From an uncultured delta proteobacterium (lineage in GTDB: Bacteria; Myxococcota_A; Polyangia; Polyangiales; Polyangiaceae), in assembly GCA_963716725.1 (NCBI GenBank), contig CAVQUB010000032.1:32001-96000 (forward strand): a stretch of DNA of 64,000 nucleotides, written 5' to 3'. Positions 9,161-18,383 of this stretch are shown here, piece after piece; position 1 is the first letter of the stretch, and each line of letters opens with the position of its first letter. The translations under genes were made by a program, and so were the position numbers. Below the pieces are notes generated by a model. That model was not told the DNA's origin, made no database searches, and was given only the letters and a program-made list of their open reading frames with translations.

Positions 9161-10402
9161 ATGAGCGGCATTGCCCAAAAGCTTCTCCGCGCGCTCTTGC
9201 CTATCTTGGTGCTCGGCGTCGGGGTCGCCGTGCTCGCGGCGTTCATCGCGACACGACCGAAGCCCATCAAGAAACCCCGGGACGAGCGCGGCGCGCTGGT
9301 GGAGGTGGTGAGCGTGCAGCCGGTGCGGCAGCGGCTCCGTGTTTCCGAGTTCGGAAGTGTGATTCCAGCGGAGCAGGTGGTCGTGCAGCCGGAGGTTTCT
9401 GGTCGCGTCGTCTGGCAGCACGACGAGCTGGTGCCCGGCGGTAGGTTCAAGAAGGGCGAGACGCTGCTCCGCCTCGACGGCCGGGACTACCGCCTCGCGG
9501 AGCGGCAGGCTGGGGCGACCGTCGATCGCGCGGAGCTCGAGCTCAAAGTCGAAAAGGCGCGGGGCGAAGTGGCCAAGGCCGAGTGGGATGTGATCGATCG
9601 GGGCAAGCGTGCCAGCGACGAGGGACGCGCGCTGGGGCTGCGCGAGCCGCAGCTGCAGGCTGCCCGAGCCGGGCTCGACGCGGCGAGGGGCACACGTGCA
9701 CAAGCCAAGCTCGCGAGCTCCAAGACCGTGCTCCGGGCCCCCTTCAACGGATTCGTCAAGATTGAAGCCGTGGACGTGGGCCAGCTCGTGACGCCGCAGA
9801 TGCCGTTGGCGACGCTGGTCGGAAGCGATCGCTTCTGGGTGCAGGTCTCCGTTCCGGTGGATCGACTCACTGCGGTCGACGTTCCGGGCATGAACGCCGA
9901 CGAAGGCAAGGGCGCCGTCGCGGTCATCGCCCAAGACGTCGGCGGACAACGCATTGAGCGAACGGGACGAGTCCTGCGGCTCTTGGGTGATCTGGATCCG
10001 GTGGGCCGCATGGCGCGCCTGCTCGTGGAGATCGACGACCCGCTGGGCCTTGCGGCGCCGCCGAAGCCTGGCTCCAAGCAGACCCCCGCACGACCCGGGT
10101 TGCCGCTGCTCCTGGGCGCCTTCGTCGAAGTCGCCATCGAGGCCCGGGAGCTGGGTGAGGTCATCGAGCTCCCGAGGTTGGCGCTCCGCGACGGAAGCGG
10201 CGTCTACGTCTACGGGCCCGACAGCCGCCTCGTCGTCCGCGACGTCAAGATCGCGTGGCGCACCGAGAAGACCGTCCTGATCCGCGAGGGCGTGACGGCC
10301 GGCGAAGAGGTGATCGTCAGCCGCCTGCCGAGCGCGGTTCCAGGCATGCTGCTGCGCAAGCCGGCGGCGCCCGACAAGCCCGCTCAGCTGGGACAGCGAT
10401 GA
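9161..10402 (+). CDS. RND efflux periplasmic adaptor (membrane fusion protein)
   Basis: N-terminal anchor, PEVSGRV, LRAPFNG, coiled hairpin; directly upstream of an RND permease. Confidence 0.9.
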   Translation: MSGIAQKLLRALLPILVLGVGVAVLAAFIATRPKPIKKPRDERGALVEVVSVQPVRQRLRVSEFGSVIPAEQVVVQPEVSGRVVWQHDELVPGGRFKKGETLLRLDGRDYRLAERQAGATVDRAELELKVEKARGEVAKAEWDVIDRGKRASDEGRALGLREPQLQAARAGLDAARGTRAQAKLASSKTVLRAPFNGFVKIEAVDVGQLVTPQMPLATLVGSDRFWVQVSVPVDRLTAVDVPGMNADEGKGAVAVIAQDVGGQRIERTGRVLRLLGDLDPVGRMARLLVEIDDPLGLAAPPKPGSKQTPARPGLPLLLGAFVEVAIEARELGEVIELPRLALRDGSGVYVYGPDSRLVVRDVKIAWRTEKTVLIREGVTAGEEVIVSRLPSAVPGMLLRKPAAPDKPAQLGQR

Positions 10403-13400
10403 GCGCTGGGCACGAGCCGCCCGTCGAGCCGGGACCGTCGTCGTACGGACCGGAGTCGGCGCGGCGACGCGATGCGATCGCGACCAAGAAGGATGGACCC
10501 CTCGCCTGGATGGCGAAGAACCCGGTGGCGTCCAACCTGCTGATGCTGCTCTTGATCGTCGGCGGTCTGCTGACGGTGCCGCGGGTCAGACAAGAGGTCT
10601 TTCCGGAGTTCGAGCTCGATCTCGTGTTGATCAACGTGCCCTATCCGGGGGCGAGCCCGGCCGAAGTGGAGCAGGGCGTGATCCTCGCCGTCGAGGAAGC
10701 GGTTCGTGGAGTCGACGGCGTCAAGGAAGTGCGCTCGACCGCCTCGGAGAGCGCCGGCACGGTCGTGATCGAGCTCTTGCTGGGGGCCAGCCCGGATCGA
10801 GCGCTGGCCGACGTGAAGAGCGCCGTCGATCGCATCACGAGCTTTCCGAAGGACGCCGAACGACCGGTGGTGAGCCTCGCGCAGTCGCGCCGACAGGTCA
10901 TCTCCGTGATGGTCAGCGGCGACGTGAGCGAGAAAGCCCTGCGCGACGTGGCAGAGCGCGTCCGGGACGATCTGCTCGATTCGCGCGCCGTGACCATCGT
11001 GCAGCTGGCTGGCGTGCGGCCGCTCGAGGTCAGCGTCGAGGTCCCGCGCGCCGAGTTGCGCCGCTACGGGCTCACCATCGATCAAGTGGCGCAGCGAGTC
11101 TCGGCGGCTTCAGTGGAGGTGCCGGGTGGCGGCGTGAAGACTCCGGGCGGAGAGATCCTGCTGCGGACCGCCGAGCGCCGCGATCGTGCCCAGGAGTTCG
11201 CGGACGTCGTCGTGTTGTCCCGACCCGACGGCAGCGAGGTGCGAATCGGCGACCTCGCACGGGTCGAAGACGGCTTTCGCGAGACCGACCAGGAGGCCTT
11301 CTTCAACGGCAAGCGCGCGGCCATGGTCAACGTGTACCGGGTCGGCGACGAGAAGCCGCTGGAGATCTCCGCGCTCGTCAAGCGCTACGTCGAAGATCAC
11401 CGGAGCGCGCTCCCTCCGGGCGTGGACTTGTCCATCTGGTCGGACAGCTCCGAGATCTATGCCGACCGCGTGGACCTACTCAGGCGGAACGCGAACTTCG
11501 GGTTGATCCTGGTGTTCGTGGCCTTGGCGTTGTTCTTGGAATTGCGCCTGGCGATCTGGGTCACCATGGGCATCCCGATTTCGGTAATCGGCTCGATGCT
11601 GCTGATGCCGGCGTGGGACGCGTCGATCAACATGATCTCGCTGTTTGCGTTCATCGTCACCCTCGGCATCGTCGTGGACGACGCCATCGTGGTGGGCGAG
11701 GCCATCCACACCAAGCGACAGCAGGGAATGAGCCCCTCTGAGGCCGCCATCGCAGGCGTGCGCGAGGTGGCGATGCCGGTGGTGTCCGCGGTGCTAACCA
11801 CGATCTTTGCCTTCGCCCCCATGCTCTTCGTGCCGGGACCCGCCGGGAAGTTCTTCCGGCTGATCCCCATCGTGGTCATCGCGGTGCTGCTGATCTCTCT
11901 CGTCGAGTCGCTGCTGGTCCTGCCCGCCCACCTCGCTCACCGTGGCTTCGGCATCTTGGTGGTGACCGCTGCCATCGCCGCGGCGCTGATCCTCGGCATG
12001 CCCCACGGGCTGAGCTGGGCCATCGTGGTGGGCCTGGCCAGTCTCGCCATCGGCGGCGTCGTGCTCTTGGCCGCCCAGCGCCTGGCCTCTGGTCGAGCCT
12101 TTCGTTTTATCGAGCACCAGCAGCAGCGCTTCAGTCGCCTGGTCGAGTGGATGATCGGTCACACCTACGTGCCGGTGGTCCGCCGAGCACTTCAGCGTCG
12201 CTACCTCACCGCCTGCATCGGCGCCGCCATCCTTCTGGGGTCCATCGGGCTGGTGGCCGGTGGTCGCCTCAATTTCACCTTCATGCCCAAGGTCGACAGC
12301 GATGTGGTCGTGGCGGGTCTCGAGATGCCATTCGGGACTTCGGTGTCGGACACGCGGGGGGTGGGCAAGCGCATCTTGACCGCGGCCGAGCAGGTCATGG
12401 CTGAGTTGGGAGGAGGCGCGGTGGTATCCCGGGGTATTTTCTCGCAGGTCGGCGACTCGGGATCCATGGCCGGTGGGCCGAGCGCCGCGGTGAAGGCTGC
12501 GGGCGGCAGTCACTTGGCGGAGGTTGCGGTCTTCCTCGTTCCGCTGGGCGAGAGGAAGTTCTCGTCCACGGAGTTTGCGCGGCGCTGGCGCGAGAAGATC
12601 GGCGACGTCGCGGGGGCGCGCACTCTCAAATTCGGCTTCAGCACCGGACCGAGTGCGGGCGCCGCGGTGGACGTGGCCTTGGCCCACCGCGACATTCGCG
12701 TGCTCGAAGCGGCATCCGCGCAGCTCTCGGGAAAGCTCGCCGAGTACTCGGGCGTCTACGACATCGACAACGGGTTCGCGTCCGGAAAAGAACAGCTCGA
12801 TCTGCGACTCAAGCCCAGCGCTCGGGTGCTGGGCCTCACTGAAGCCGAGCTCGCGCGGCAAACTCGGGCGGCCTTCTACGGCAGCGAGGCGGTCCGTCAA
12901 CAGCGCGGCCGCGACGAGCTGAGGGTGTACGTACGTCTGCCCAAGAGCGAACGCTCCAGCGAGCACGACATCGAGCGCCTGATGATCCGCACGCCGCAGG
13001 GCGGAGAGATCCCGTTGACCGAGGCGGCCGAGATCGTCCGCGGACGTGCTTATACCACCGTCACACGGCAAGACGGGAGACGGGTGGTGCGAGTGACCGC
13101 CGAGGTCGACGACGCCGTGACCAACGCCAACAAGGTGGTCGGCGACATCCGCAAAGACGTGCTGCCTGGACTCCTCGCCGAATACGATGGCCTGACCTAC
13201 TCCCTCGAAGGCGAGCAGAAGGCGCAGGGCGAGACCATGGGCGCCCTGGGCAGAGGCTTTGGCTTCGCGCTCCTCGGGATCTTCGGGCTCTTGGCCATCA
13301 CCTTCCGCAGCTACATCCAACCGATCATCATCATGGGTGTCATTCCATTCGGCTTGGTCGGCGCCATGTGGGGTCACGTGGTGCTCGGCTACGACCTCTC

Positions 13401-13797
13401 ACTCATGAGCATGATGGGCGTCGTCGCGCTCTCGGGCGTGGTTGTGAACGATTCGCTGGTGATGATCGACGCGGTGAACACCTTCCGCAAAGAAGGCATG
13501 TCGCGGCGCGAGGCCTTGGTCGCGGCGGGGGCTCGCCGTTTTCGCCCCATCATCCTGACGTCGCTCACCACCTTCTTCGGCCTGATGCCCATGATCCTCG
13601 AGACCAGCATGCAGGCCCGCTTCCTGATCCCGATGGCCATCAGCCTGGGCATCGGCGTCATGTTTGCGACCTTCGTGACTTTGTTGATGGTGCCTGCGGC
13701 CTACGCCATCGTCGACGACGCCACGGCCGCCTGGGCACGCGTCAAGGCGTTCTTCGGGGGCGATCCCAGCGATGAGGCGCCGGTCGCGGGGGAGTGA
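10399..13797 (+). CDS. RND efflux permease (AcrB/AcrD/AcrF family)
   Basis: YPGASPAEVE, GIVVDDAIVVGE, GVVVNDS, RFRPIILTSLTT; ATG at 10399 overlaps the adaptor stop (ATGA). Confidence 0.93.
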   Translation: MSAGHEPPVEPGPSSYGPESARRRDAIATKKDGPLAWMAKNPVASNLLMLLLIVGGLLTVPRVRQEVFPEFELDLVLINVPYPGASPAEVEQGVILAVEEAVRGVDGVKEVRSTASESAGTVVIELLLGASPDRALADVKSAVDRITSFPKDAERPVVSLAQSRRQVISVMVSGDVSEKALRDVAERVRDDLLDSRAVTIVQLAGVRPLEVSVEVPRAELRRYGLTIDQVAQRVSAASVEVPGGGVKTPGGEILLRTAERRDRAQEFADVVVLSRPDGSEVRIGDLARVEDGFRETDQEAFFNGKRAAMVNVYRVGDEKPLEISALVKRYVEDHRSALPPGVDLSIWSDSSEIYADRVDLLRRNANFGLILVFVALALFLELRLAIWVTMGIPISVIGSMLLMPAWDASINMISLFAFIVTLGIVVDDAIVVGEAIHTKRQQGMSPSEAAIAGVREVAMPVVSAVLTTIFAFAPMLFVPGPAGKFFRLIPIVVIAVLLISLVESLLVLPAHLAHRGFGILVVTAAIAAALILGMPHGLSWAIVVGLASLAIGGVVLLAAQRLASGRAFRFIEHQQQRFSRLVEWMIGHTYVPVVRRALQRRYLTACIGAAILLGSIGLVAGGRLNFTFMPKVDSDVVVAGLEMPFGTSVSDTRGVGKRILTAAEQVMAELGGGAVVSRGIFSQVGDSGSMAGGPSAAVKAAGGSHLAEVAVFLVPLGERKFSSTEFARRWREKIGDVAGARTLKFGFSTGPSAGAAVDVALAHRDIRVLEAASAQLSGKLAEYSGVYDIDNGFASGKEQLDLRLKPSARVLGLTEAELARQTRAAFYGSEAVRQQRGRDELRVYVRLPKSERSSEHDIERLMIRTPQGGEIPLTEAAEIVRGRAYTTVTRQDGRRVVRVTAEVDDAVTNANKVVGDIRKDVLPGLLAEYDGLTYSLEGEQKAQGETMGALGRGFGFALLGIFGLLAITFRSYIQPIIIMGVIPFGLVGAMWGHVVLGYDLSLMSMMGVVALSGVVVNDSLVMIDAVNTFRKEGMSRREALVAAGARRFRPIILTSLTTFFGLMPMILETSMQARFLIPMAISLGIGVMFATFVTLLMVPAAYAIVDDATAAWARVKAFFGGDPSDEAPVAGE

Positions 13798-13806
13798 GCT
13801 GGCTGG

Positions 13807-14568
13807 CTACCGGCAGACCGCCGCGAGGTCGATCTCGTAGTGCCCCGCGAAGTCGACGCAGTCGCCGGCGCTCACCCGCGCATCGAGTCGGATCTTGCCG
13901 TCCGCGGCCTGTTCGACGTGCAGCAGGCAGGACCCGCACCAGAGCCAGGGGCAGTCGCCGGGCGCACATTCGTGCATCATCGTCGCGACCGTGCACTCGG
14001 CTTCGTCGAGGCGGCTCACTACGCCGCTCGCATCGAAGGAGGCGCACACGGTCGCTCGTGCCGACGGCAGGTGCGCTTCGAGCAGCAGACCGCGTCCGGT
14101 CGTGGAGGAAGGCGCCGGCGTCGGGCCCTGGCACTGAGCGGATGCTTCACTGAGGCGGTACGTTCCCCCGAACATGTTGCACTCGCTCGAGCGAGGCCGG
14201 CCCTCGAGCATCCACGGCCCGCTCGCTGGCGTGTCCAGTCGCATCAGACAGCCGCCGCAGTTGCTCCAGGCGCCGCAGTCCTCATGGCAGAACGCGCCCG
14301 CTTCGACCTCTGAACAACGGGTGTCGTCGATGGCCGCGACCCGGCCGTCGCGGATCGAGACGCAGGTTTGGTCTCGCGCGGAGGTCGAGAACGCCGAGGT
14401 GAGGGTCCCGATCATGGCGAAGTTTTCGCGCGCCGGCGGGCCGTGCTGTGGCCCCGCAGGGGAGTGTTCGGGTCTTCGCGGCGAGTCTGACTCGTGCGGC
14501 TCGGGAGCTCCGCTGCACCCCGCGACCGCGATGAGAATGCCCAGCGCCACTCGTCGATGCCCAACCAT
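13807..14568 (-). CDS. Cys-rich putative lipoprotein with two internal repeat domains
   Basis: Lipobox-like IAVAGC; two similar segments C..C..C..C..CGxCL..C..F.G.Y. Confidence 0.65.
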   Translation of the reverse strand: MVGHRRVALGILIAVAGCSGAPEPHESDSPRRPEHSPAGPQHGPPARENFAMIGTLTSAFSTSARDQTCVSIRDGRVAAIDDTRCSEVEAGAFCHEDCGAWSNCGGCLMRLDTPASGPWMLEGRPRSSECNMFGGTYRLSEASAQCQGPTPAPSSTTGRGLLLEAHLPSARATVCASFDASGVVSRLDEAECTVATMMHECAPGDCPWLWCGSCLLHVEQAADGKIRLDARVSAGDCVDFAGHYEIDLAAVCR

Positions 14569-14700
14569 AGCCTCCACCCCTTTCCATCGTCTCTCGACGA
14601 GGACCCTCTGGTGGACTCCTAGCGGACGGCGTCGGCGCGGTCGATGGTCATTTCTTCTGGAAAATGGTGCCTATGAGCCTCGGCTCGCACGCCGGCGCGA

Positions 14701-15651
14701 TCAGAACCGCCCGTACACGCCGACCTGTCTTGGTCCGACGTAGGGCGTCACACGGCGAGCGCCCGCCTTGCTTTCGACCTCGCTCTTGCCGCCGGTGAGC
14801 AGCAGCACCGCGCCCGCGCCAATGCCGACGGCGCCGACGATGAAGCCAACGGTCGCGATGCCGGCCTGCGTCTTGCCCTTGTCGTACAGGTCCTGCTGGT
14901 CATCGCCGCAGACGCCGTTCTTGCACTTCGAGTCGAGCTCGCTCTTCGTCGACTTGGCCTGCAGCCCCATGAACGTGCCGACTCCGACACCCACCACGCC
15001 GACGCCGAGCGCCACGTAGGCGAGGGTCTTGCTGCCACCGCTCTTTTTGGGCGAGTCCCCGGGTGCACCTTCGGAGTCCGCGGGCGCCGACGTCGGCAGC
15101 TCGGTCATCAGGACCGAGAGGTTCTTCCTGTCTTTCTCCGCCAGCTCGATGGTCTCAGTGTACGGCTTCATGCCTTCCGCTTCGGCGCGCACCTCGTGCT
15201 TGCCCGGGTTCGCGGGGACCGCTCCGCCGAGCGCGTCCTTGGACAACTCCTGGCCGTTGAGCTTCACGGTGCCGTCGAACCCCTGGGGCAGATCGAAGGT
15301 GATGGTTGGAGTTCGCTTCTCGAGACTAGCGAGTTGTTTCTTGGCCTTCGCGCGCTGGACGCCGCCGAGCTTCTTGACGGCGAGAGCCACCTTCAAGTGC
15401 TCCGAGGCCTCGACGAAGTGGCCCAGCTTCTCCTCGATGGCCGCCAGTCGGAGTCGCGTTCCCGGTTTGTCTTCGAGCTCGAGCGCCTTCTCGTAGGCGC
15501 TCTTGGCTTCGTCGAGGTTGCCCTGCTTCTCCGCCTTCTGGCCCTCCTTTTCGGCTTGCTTCGCAGTCGGAGCGCCCTTGGCGAGGGCGGCCCCGGGCAA
15601 GGTCACGATTGCGGAGGCCAACACACATGACAGGAGCAGCGGGCGCAGCAT
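14701..15651 (-). CDS. Secreted TPR + PEGA-like domain protein with a C-terminal membrane region
   Basis: Signal peptide (ALA-KG), TPR-like AKSAYEKALEL/EASEHLKVAL, PANPGKHEVRAEAEG, Gly-rich TM helices, C-terminal GVYGRF. Confidence 0.75.
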   Translation of the reverse strand: MLRPLLLSCVLASAIVTLPGAALAKGAPTAKQAEKEGQKAEKQGNLDEAKSAYEKALELEDKPGTRLRLAAIEEKLGHFVEASEHLKVALAVKKLGGVQRAKAKKQLASLEKRTPTITFDLPQGFDGTVKLNGQELSKDALGGAVPANPGKHEVRAEAEGMKPYTETIELAEKDRKNLSVLMTELPTSAPADSEGAPGDSPKKSGGSKTLAYVALGVGVVGVGVGTFMGLQAKSTKSELDSKCKNGVCGDDQQDLYDKGKTQAGIATVGFIVGAVGIGAGAVLLLTGGKSEVESKAGARRVTPYVGPRQVGVYGRF

Positions 15652-15881
15652 TGCCCGAGTTTCGCCGAATTCGCGCCCGCGGGGAACGGTCCTTGTCGTG
15701 TGTTCAGCCTGGGCAGACGTTCGCGCCGACGGATGCGCAGTGATTTTCTGTTCACTCCCGGGATCGGCTCTGGTACGGAGGATGCGCCGCTTCTCCGGGA
15801 AGCGAGGAGGAACACGCTGTGAGATCGAAGAAGCGCGGCTCTCGAGCTGCCGGCGCTGTGCGCACGCGCAGGCTGAACGCA

Positions 15882-18377
15882 ATGTCGGTGGCAGGCAAGA
15901 AGCCCGTTGCGAAGCGGAAGCCCGTCGCAACGAAGAAGCCCGTGGCGAAGCGCAAGCCCGTCGCAACGAAGAGGCCCGTCGCGAAGCGGAAGCCCGTTGC
16001 AACGAAGAAGCCCGTCGCGAAGCGGAAGCCCGTCGCGAAGCGGAAGCCCGTCGCAACGAAGAGGCCCGTCGCGAAGCGGAAGCCCGTTGCAACGAAGAAG
16101 CCCGTCGCGAAGCGGAAGCCCGTTGCAACGAAGAAGCCCGTTGCAACGAAGAAGCCCGTCGCGAAGCGGAAGCCGGTTGCAACGAAGAAGCCCGTTGCGA
16201 AGCGGAAGCCCGTCGCAACGAAGAAGCCCGTTGCGAAGCGGAAGCCCGTCGCAACGAAGAAGCCCGTTGCAACGAAGAAGCCCGTCGCGAAGCGGAAGCC
16301 CGTCGCGAAGCGGAAGCCGGTTGCAACGAAGAAGCCCGTCGCGACGAAGAAGCCCGTTGCGACGAAGAAGCCCCTCGCGGGCCCTCCGGCTCGACCCGAG
16401 GCCGCGCCAGCTGTCGGCTATCCCGAGTCCGCCGCGAGCCAGGTACTCCAAGCCGCGGACTCGCACTCCGCAGCGCCGCTCGTGGGAGGAGGCGGCAAGC
16501 TCGCCGTGCGAGTGGGTCGGCTGCCGCCCCGCGGCGAGGCTGTCGGCGCGACCCCCCGGAACAGCGCGCGGCCGGCGATGGCCGCGCCCGCGAGCCGAGC
16601 GCCCGCGAGCCAAGCGCCCGCGAGCCAAGCGCCCGCGAGCCAAGCGCCCGCGAGCCAAGCGCCCGCGGTTACGCCGCCGCCGCCGCGTCCCGCGTTCGAC
16701 GACGCCTCCTGGCAGCGCGTCGAAGACGTCGCGCGCGAGCTCGACCTTTCAGAGCTCAGCGGCGATCAGCGCAAGGCCATTCGCGCCGCGCTCGAAGGCC
16801 GCGACGCGGTGGTCTCGATGCCATCGGGGCTCCCGCGTGCGGCGTGCTTCGTGATCCCGTCGCGGCTCCTCATGCAGCCGGTGCTGGTCGTGGGACCGCG
16901 CCCGGCGATCCTGCGAGAGTTGCACGACCGATTGAGCCAGCGCCGAGTTCCGGCCATTCGCTACGACTCGAGCCTCACTGATAGCGCGAATCGCCAGGCT
17001 CTGGACCGCATCGCTGCGGGTGGCCCCCTGGTGGTCTTGACGACCGCCACCGCGCTCATCCAAGACGAGGCACTCCGCGCGCTCTCGCGCTCCGGAGTTG
17101 CGTTGATCGCTGTCGACGACGCGCAGGTTGCGACCGCGGCCACGGACGAGTTCAACCCCGCGACCACCGACCTGAGCCGGGTGTTCGACCGCCTCGGTCG
17201 GCCCCCGGTCATGGCCTTGATGGGGGCTGCGGCGCCGGCGGCGCGGCACGAAGTCGTCGACGCGCTCGCGCTCCGGTCTCCCGTCCACGTCGAGGCGCCG
17301 CTGCTACGCAAGAACGTCGTGCTCGACGTGCTCGACCTGCGCGGGGAGGCTCGGCAGAGGGCGTTGGTGCAGTTGGTGATGTCCCTGCGCAGACCCGGGG
17401 TGATCTTTGCGCCGACGGCCCGGGAAGTGGACTCGATCTACGGATCCCTCACGGCTTTGCGCTTGCCGGTGCACCGCTACCACCCGCACATGCCGCCGGG
17501 CGACCGCGTCGGAGAGCAGCTCAACTTCGTGCTGCCCGGACGCCGCTCGATCATGGTGGCGACCAGCGCATTCGGTACGGCGTCTGGGCTGGTCGGAGTC
17601 GGGGAGGCAGCGCTTCTCGACAAGGCGCCACAAGATTTCGGCTTGTGCTTCGAGAAGCGAGATCTGCGATTTGTGCTGCATTGGTCCGCGCCGGCATCTC
17701 TCGAGCAGTACCTGCGCGAGATCAGCTTGGCAGGGCGCGACGGCGAAGAGAGCACCTGCGTGCTCTTCCACGATGGCAGCGATCGCGCGCGACACGAGGC
17801 GCTCCTGGCCCAGTCGCGGATCCCGTCGCGGCACCTGACCCACCTGGCCAAGGCGCTCGAGGTGGCGGCCATCGATGGGCGTCCGCGCACGCTCGAGTCG
17901 CTGGCCTTGTCGAGCGGGCTCAGTCGCAAGTTGACCGAGATCCTAGCGGCAGTCCTGGACGATGCCCGCCTGGTGAACGTGGATCAGGGGTGGCTGCGCG
18001 TCGTGGTCCCGGCGCCGGCGCTCGCGGCGGGGGCGCAGCGACTGGCGTCGCGCCTAGACCGGCTCCGCAGTCAGGACGGAAAGCGTCTCACGGCGATCAG
18101 CAACTACGTCGACACCGTGGGTTGCCGGGTCGCCGCACTGTCTCGCTATTTCGGCGACCTCGGTGCACCGGCCTGCGGACGCTGTGGGGGCTGCAAGGGC
18201 AGCTTGGTTCCCGGATTCGACGGCGATGCGGCCCTCGAAGGTGGGCACACGCGGCGGACGGCTGCGGAGGCTTTCAGTCTCGGCGGCGCCGAAGCGTTCG
18301 GCATGGGCGTTGCCGAGCCGTGCCAAGGGGCTCGCCCACTCACCGTGAAGATCGCCGACTTCCGGCGCGGACGCTGA
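15882..18377 (+). CDS. RecQ-like helicase homolog with degenerate ATPase motifs and an N-terminal histone-like basic repeat
   Basis: RecQ layout kept (GRDAVV.MP, VATSAFG, RFVLHW.APASLEQY..E...AGRDG, Zn site CR..LSRYFG...CGRCGGC), but motif I = MPSGLPRA and motif II = DDAQ. Confidence 0.85.
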   Translation: MSVAGKKPVAKRKPVATKKPVAKRKPVATKRPVAKRKPVATKKPVAKRKPVAKRKPVATKRPVAKRKPVATKKPVAKRKPVATKKPVATKKPVAKRKPVATKKPVAKRKPVATKKPVAKRKPVATKKPVATKKPVAKRKPVAKRKPVATKKPVATKKPVATKKPLAGPPARPEAAPAVGYPESAASQVLQAADSHSAAPLVGGGGKLAVRVGRLPPRGEAVGATPRNSARPAMAAPASRAPASQAPASQAPASQAPASQAPAVTPPPPRPAFDDASWQRVEDVARELDLSELSGDQRKAIRAALEGRDAVVSMPSGLPRAACFVIPSRLLMQPVLVVGPRPAILRELHDRLSQRRVPAIRYDSSLTDSANRQALDRIAAGGPLVVLTTATALIQDEALRALSRSGVALIAVDDAQVATAATDEFNPATTDLSRVFDRLGRPPVMALMGAAAPAARHEVVDALALRSPVHVEAPLLRKNVVLDVLDLRGEARQRALVQLVMSLRRPGVIFAPTAREVDSIYGSLTALRLPVHRYHPHMPPGDRVGEQLNFVLPGRRSIMVATSAFGTASGLVGVGEAALLDKAPQDFGLCFEKRDLRFVLHWSAPASLEQYLREISLAGRDGEESTCVLFHDGSDRARHEALLAQSRIPSRHLTHLAKALEVAAIDGRPRTLESLALSSGLSRKLTEILAAVLDDARLVNVDQGWLRVVVPAPALAAGAQRLASRLDRLRSQDGKRLTAISNYVDTVGCRVAALSRYFGDLGAPACGRCGGCKGSLVPGFDGDAALEGGHTRRTAAEAFSLGGAEAFGMGVAEPCQGARPLTVKIADFRRGR
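15894..16379 (+). repeat. 18-bp coding tandem repeat, 27 units, encoding (K/T)(R/K)KPVA
   Basis: Units such as AAGCGGAAGCCCGTCGCA / ACGAAGAAGCCCGTCGCG, counted from the translation (486 bp). Confidence 0.95.
16584..16667 (+). repeat. 15-bp coding tandem repeat (APASQ x5.6)
   Basis: GCGCCCGCGAGCCAA repeated. Confidence 0.9.
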
Positions 18378-18383
18378 CTCCTC

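Noticed and set aside
15894..16379. Repeat array as a possible CRISPR array
   Set aside because: Units are contiguous 18-mers with no unique spacers, keep the reading frame, and no cas genes are present
14701..16981. Long alternative-frame ORFs through the repeat (ASSLQR, EEARRE, RDGLP and RRSP repeats)
   Set aside because: Shadows of a stop-free tandem repeat; only the KKPVA frame continues into a recognisable domain, and the minus-strand gene has its own signal peptide at 15651
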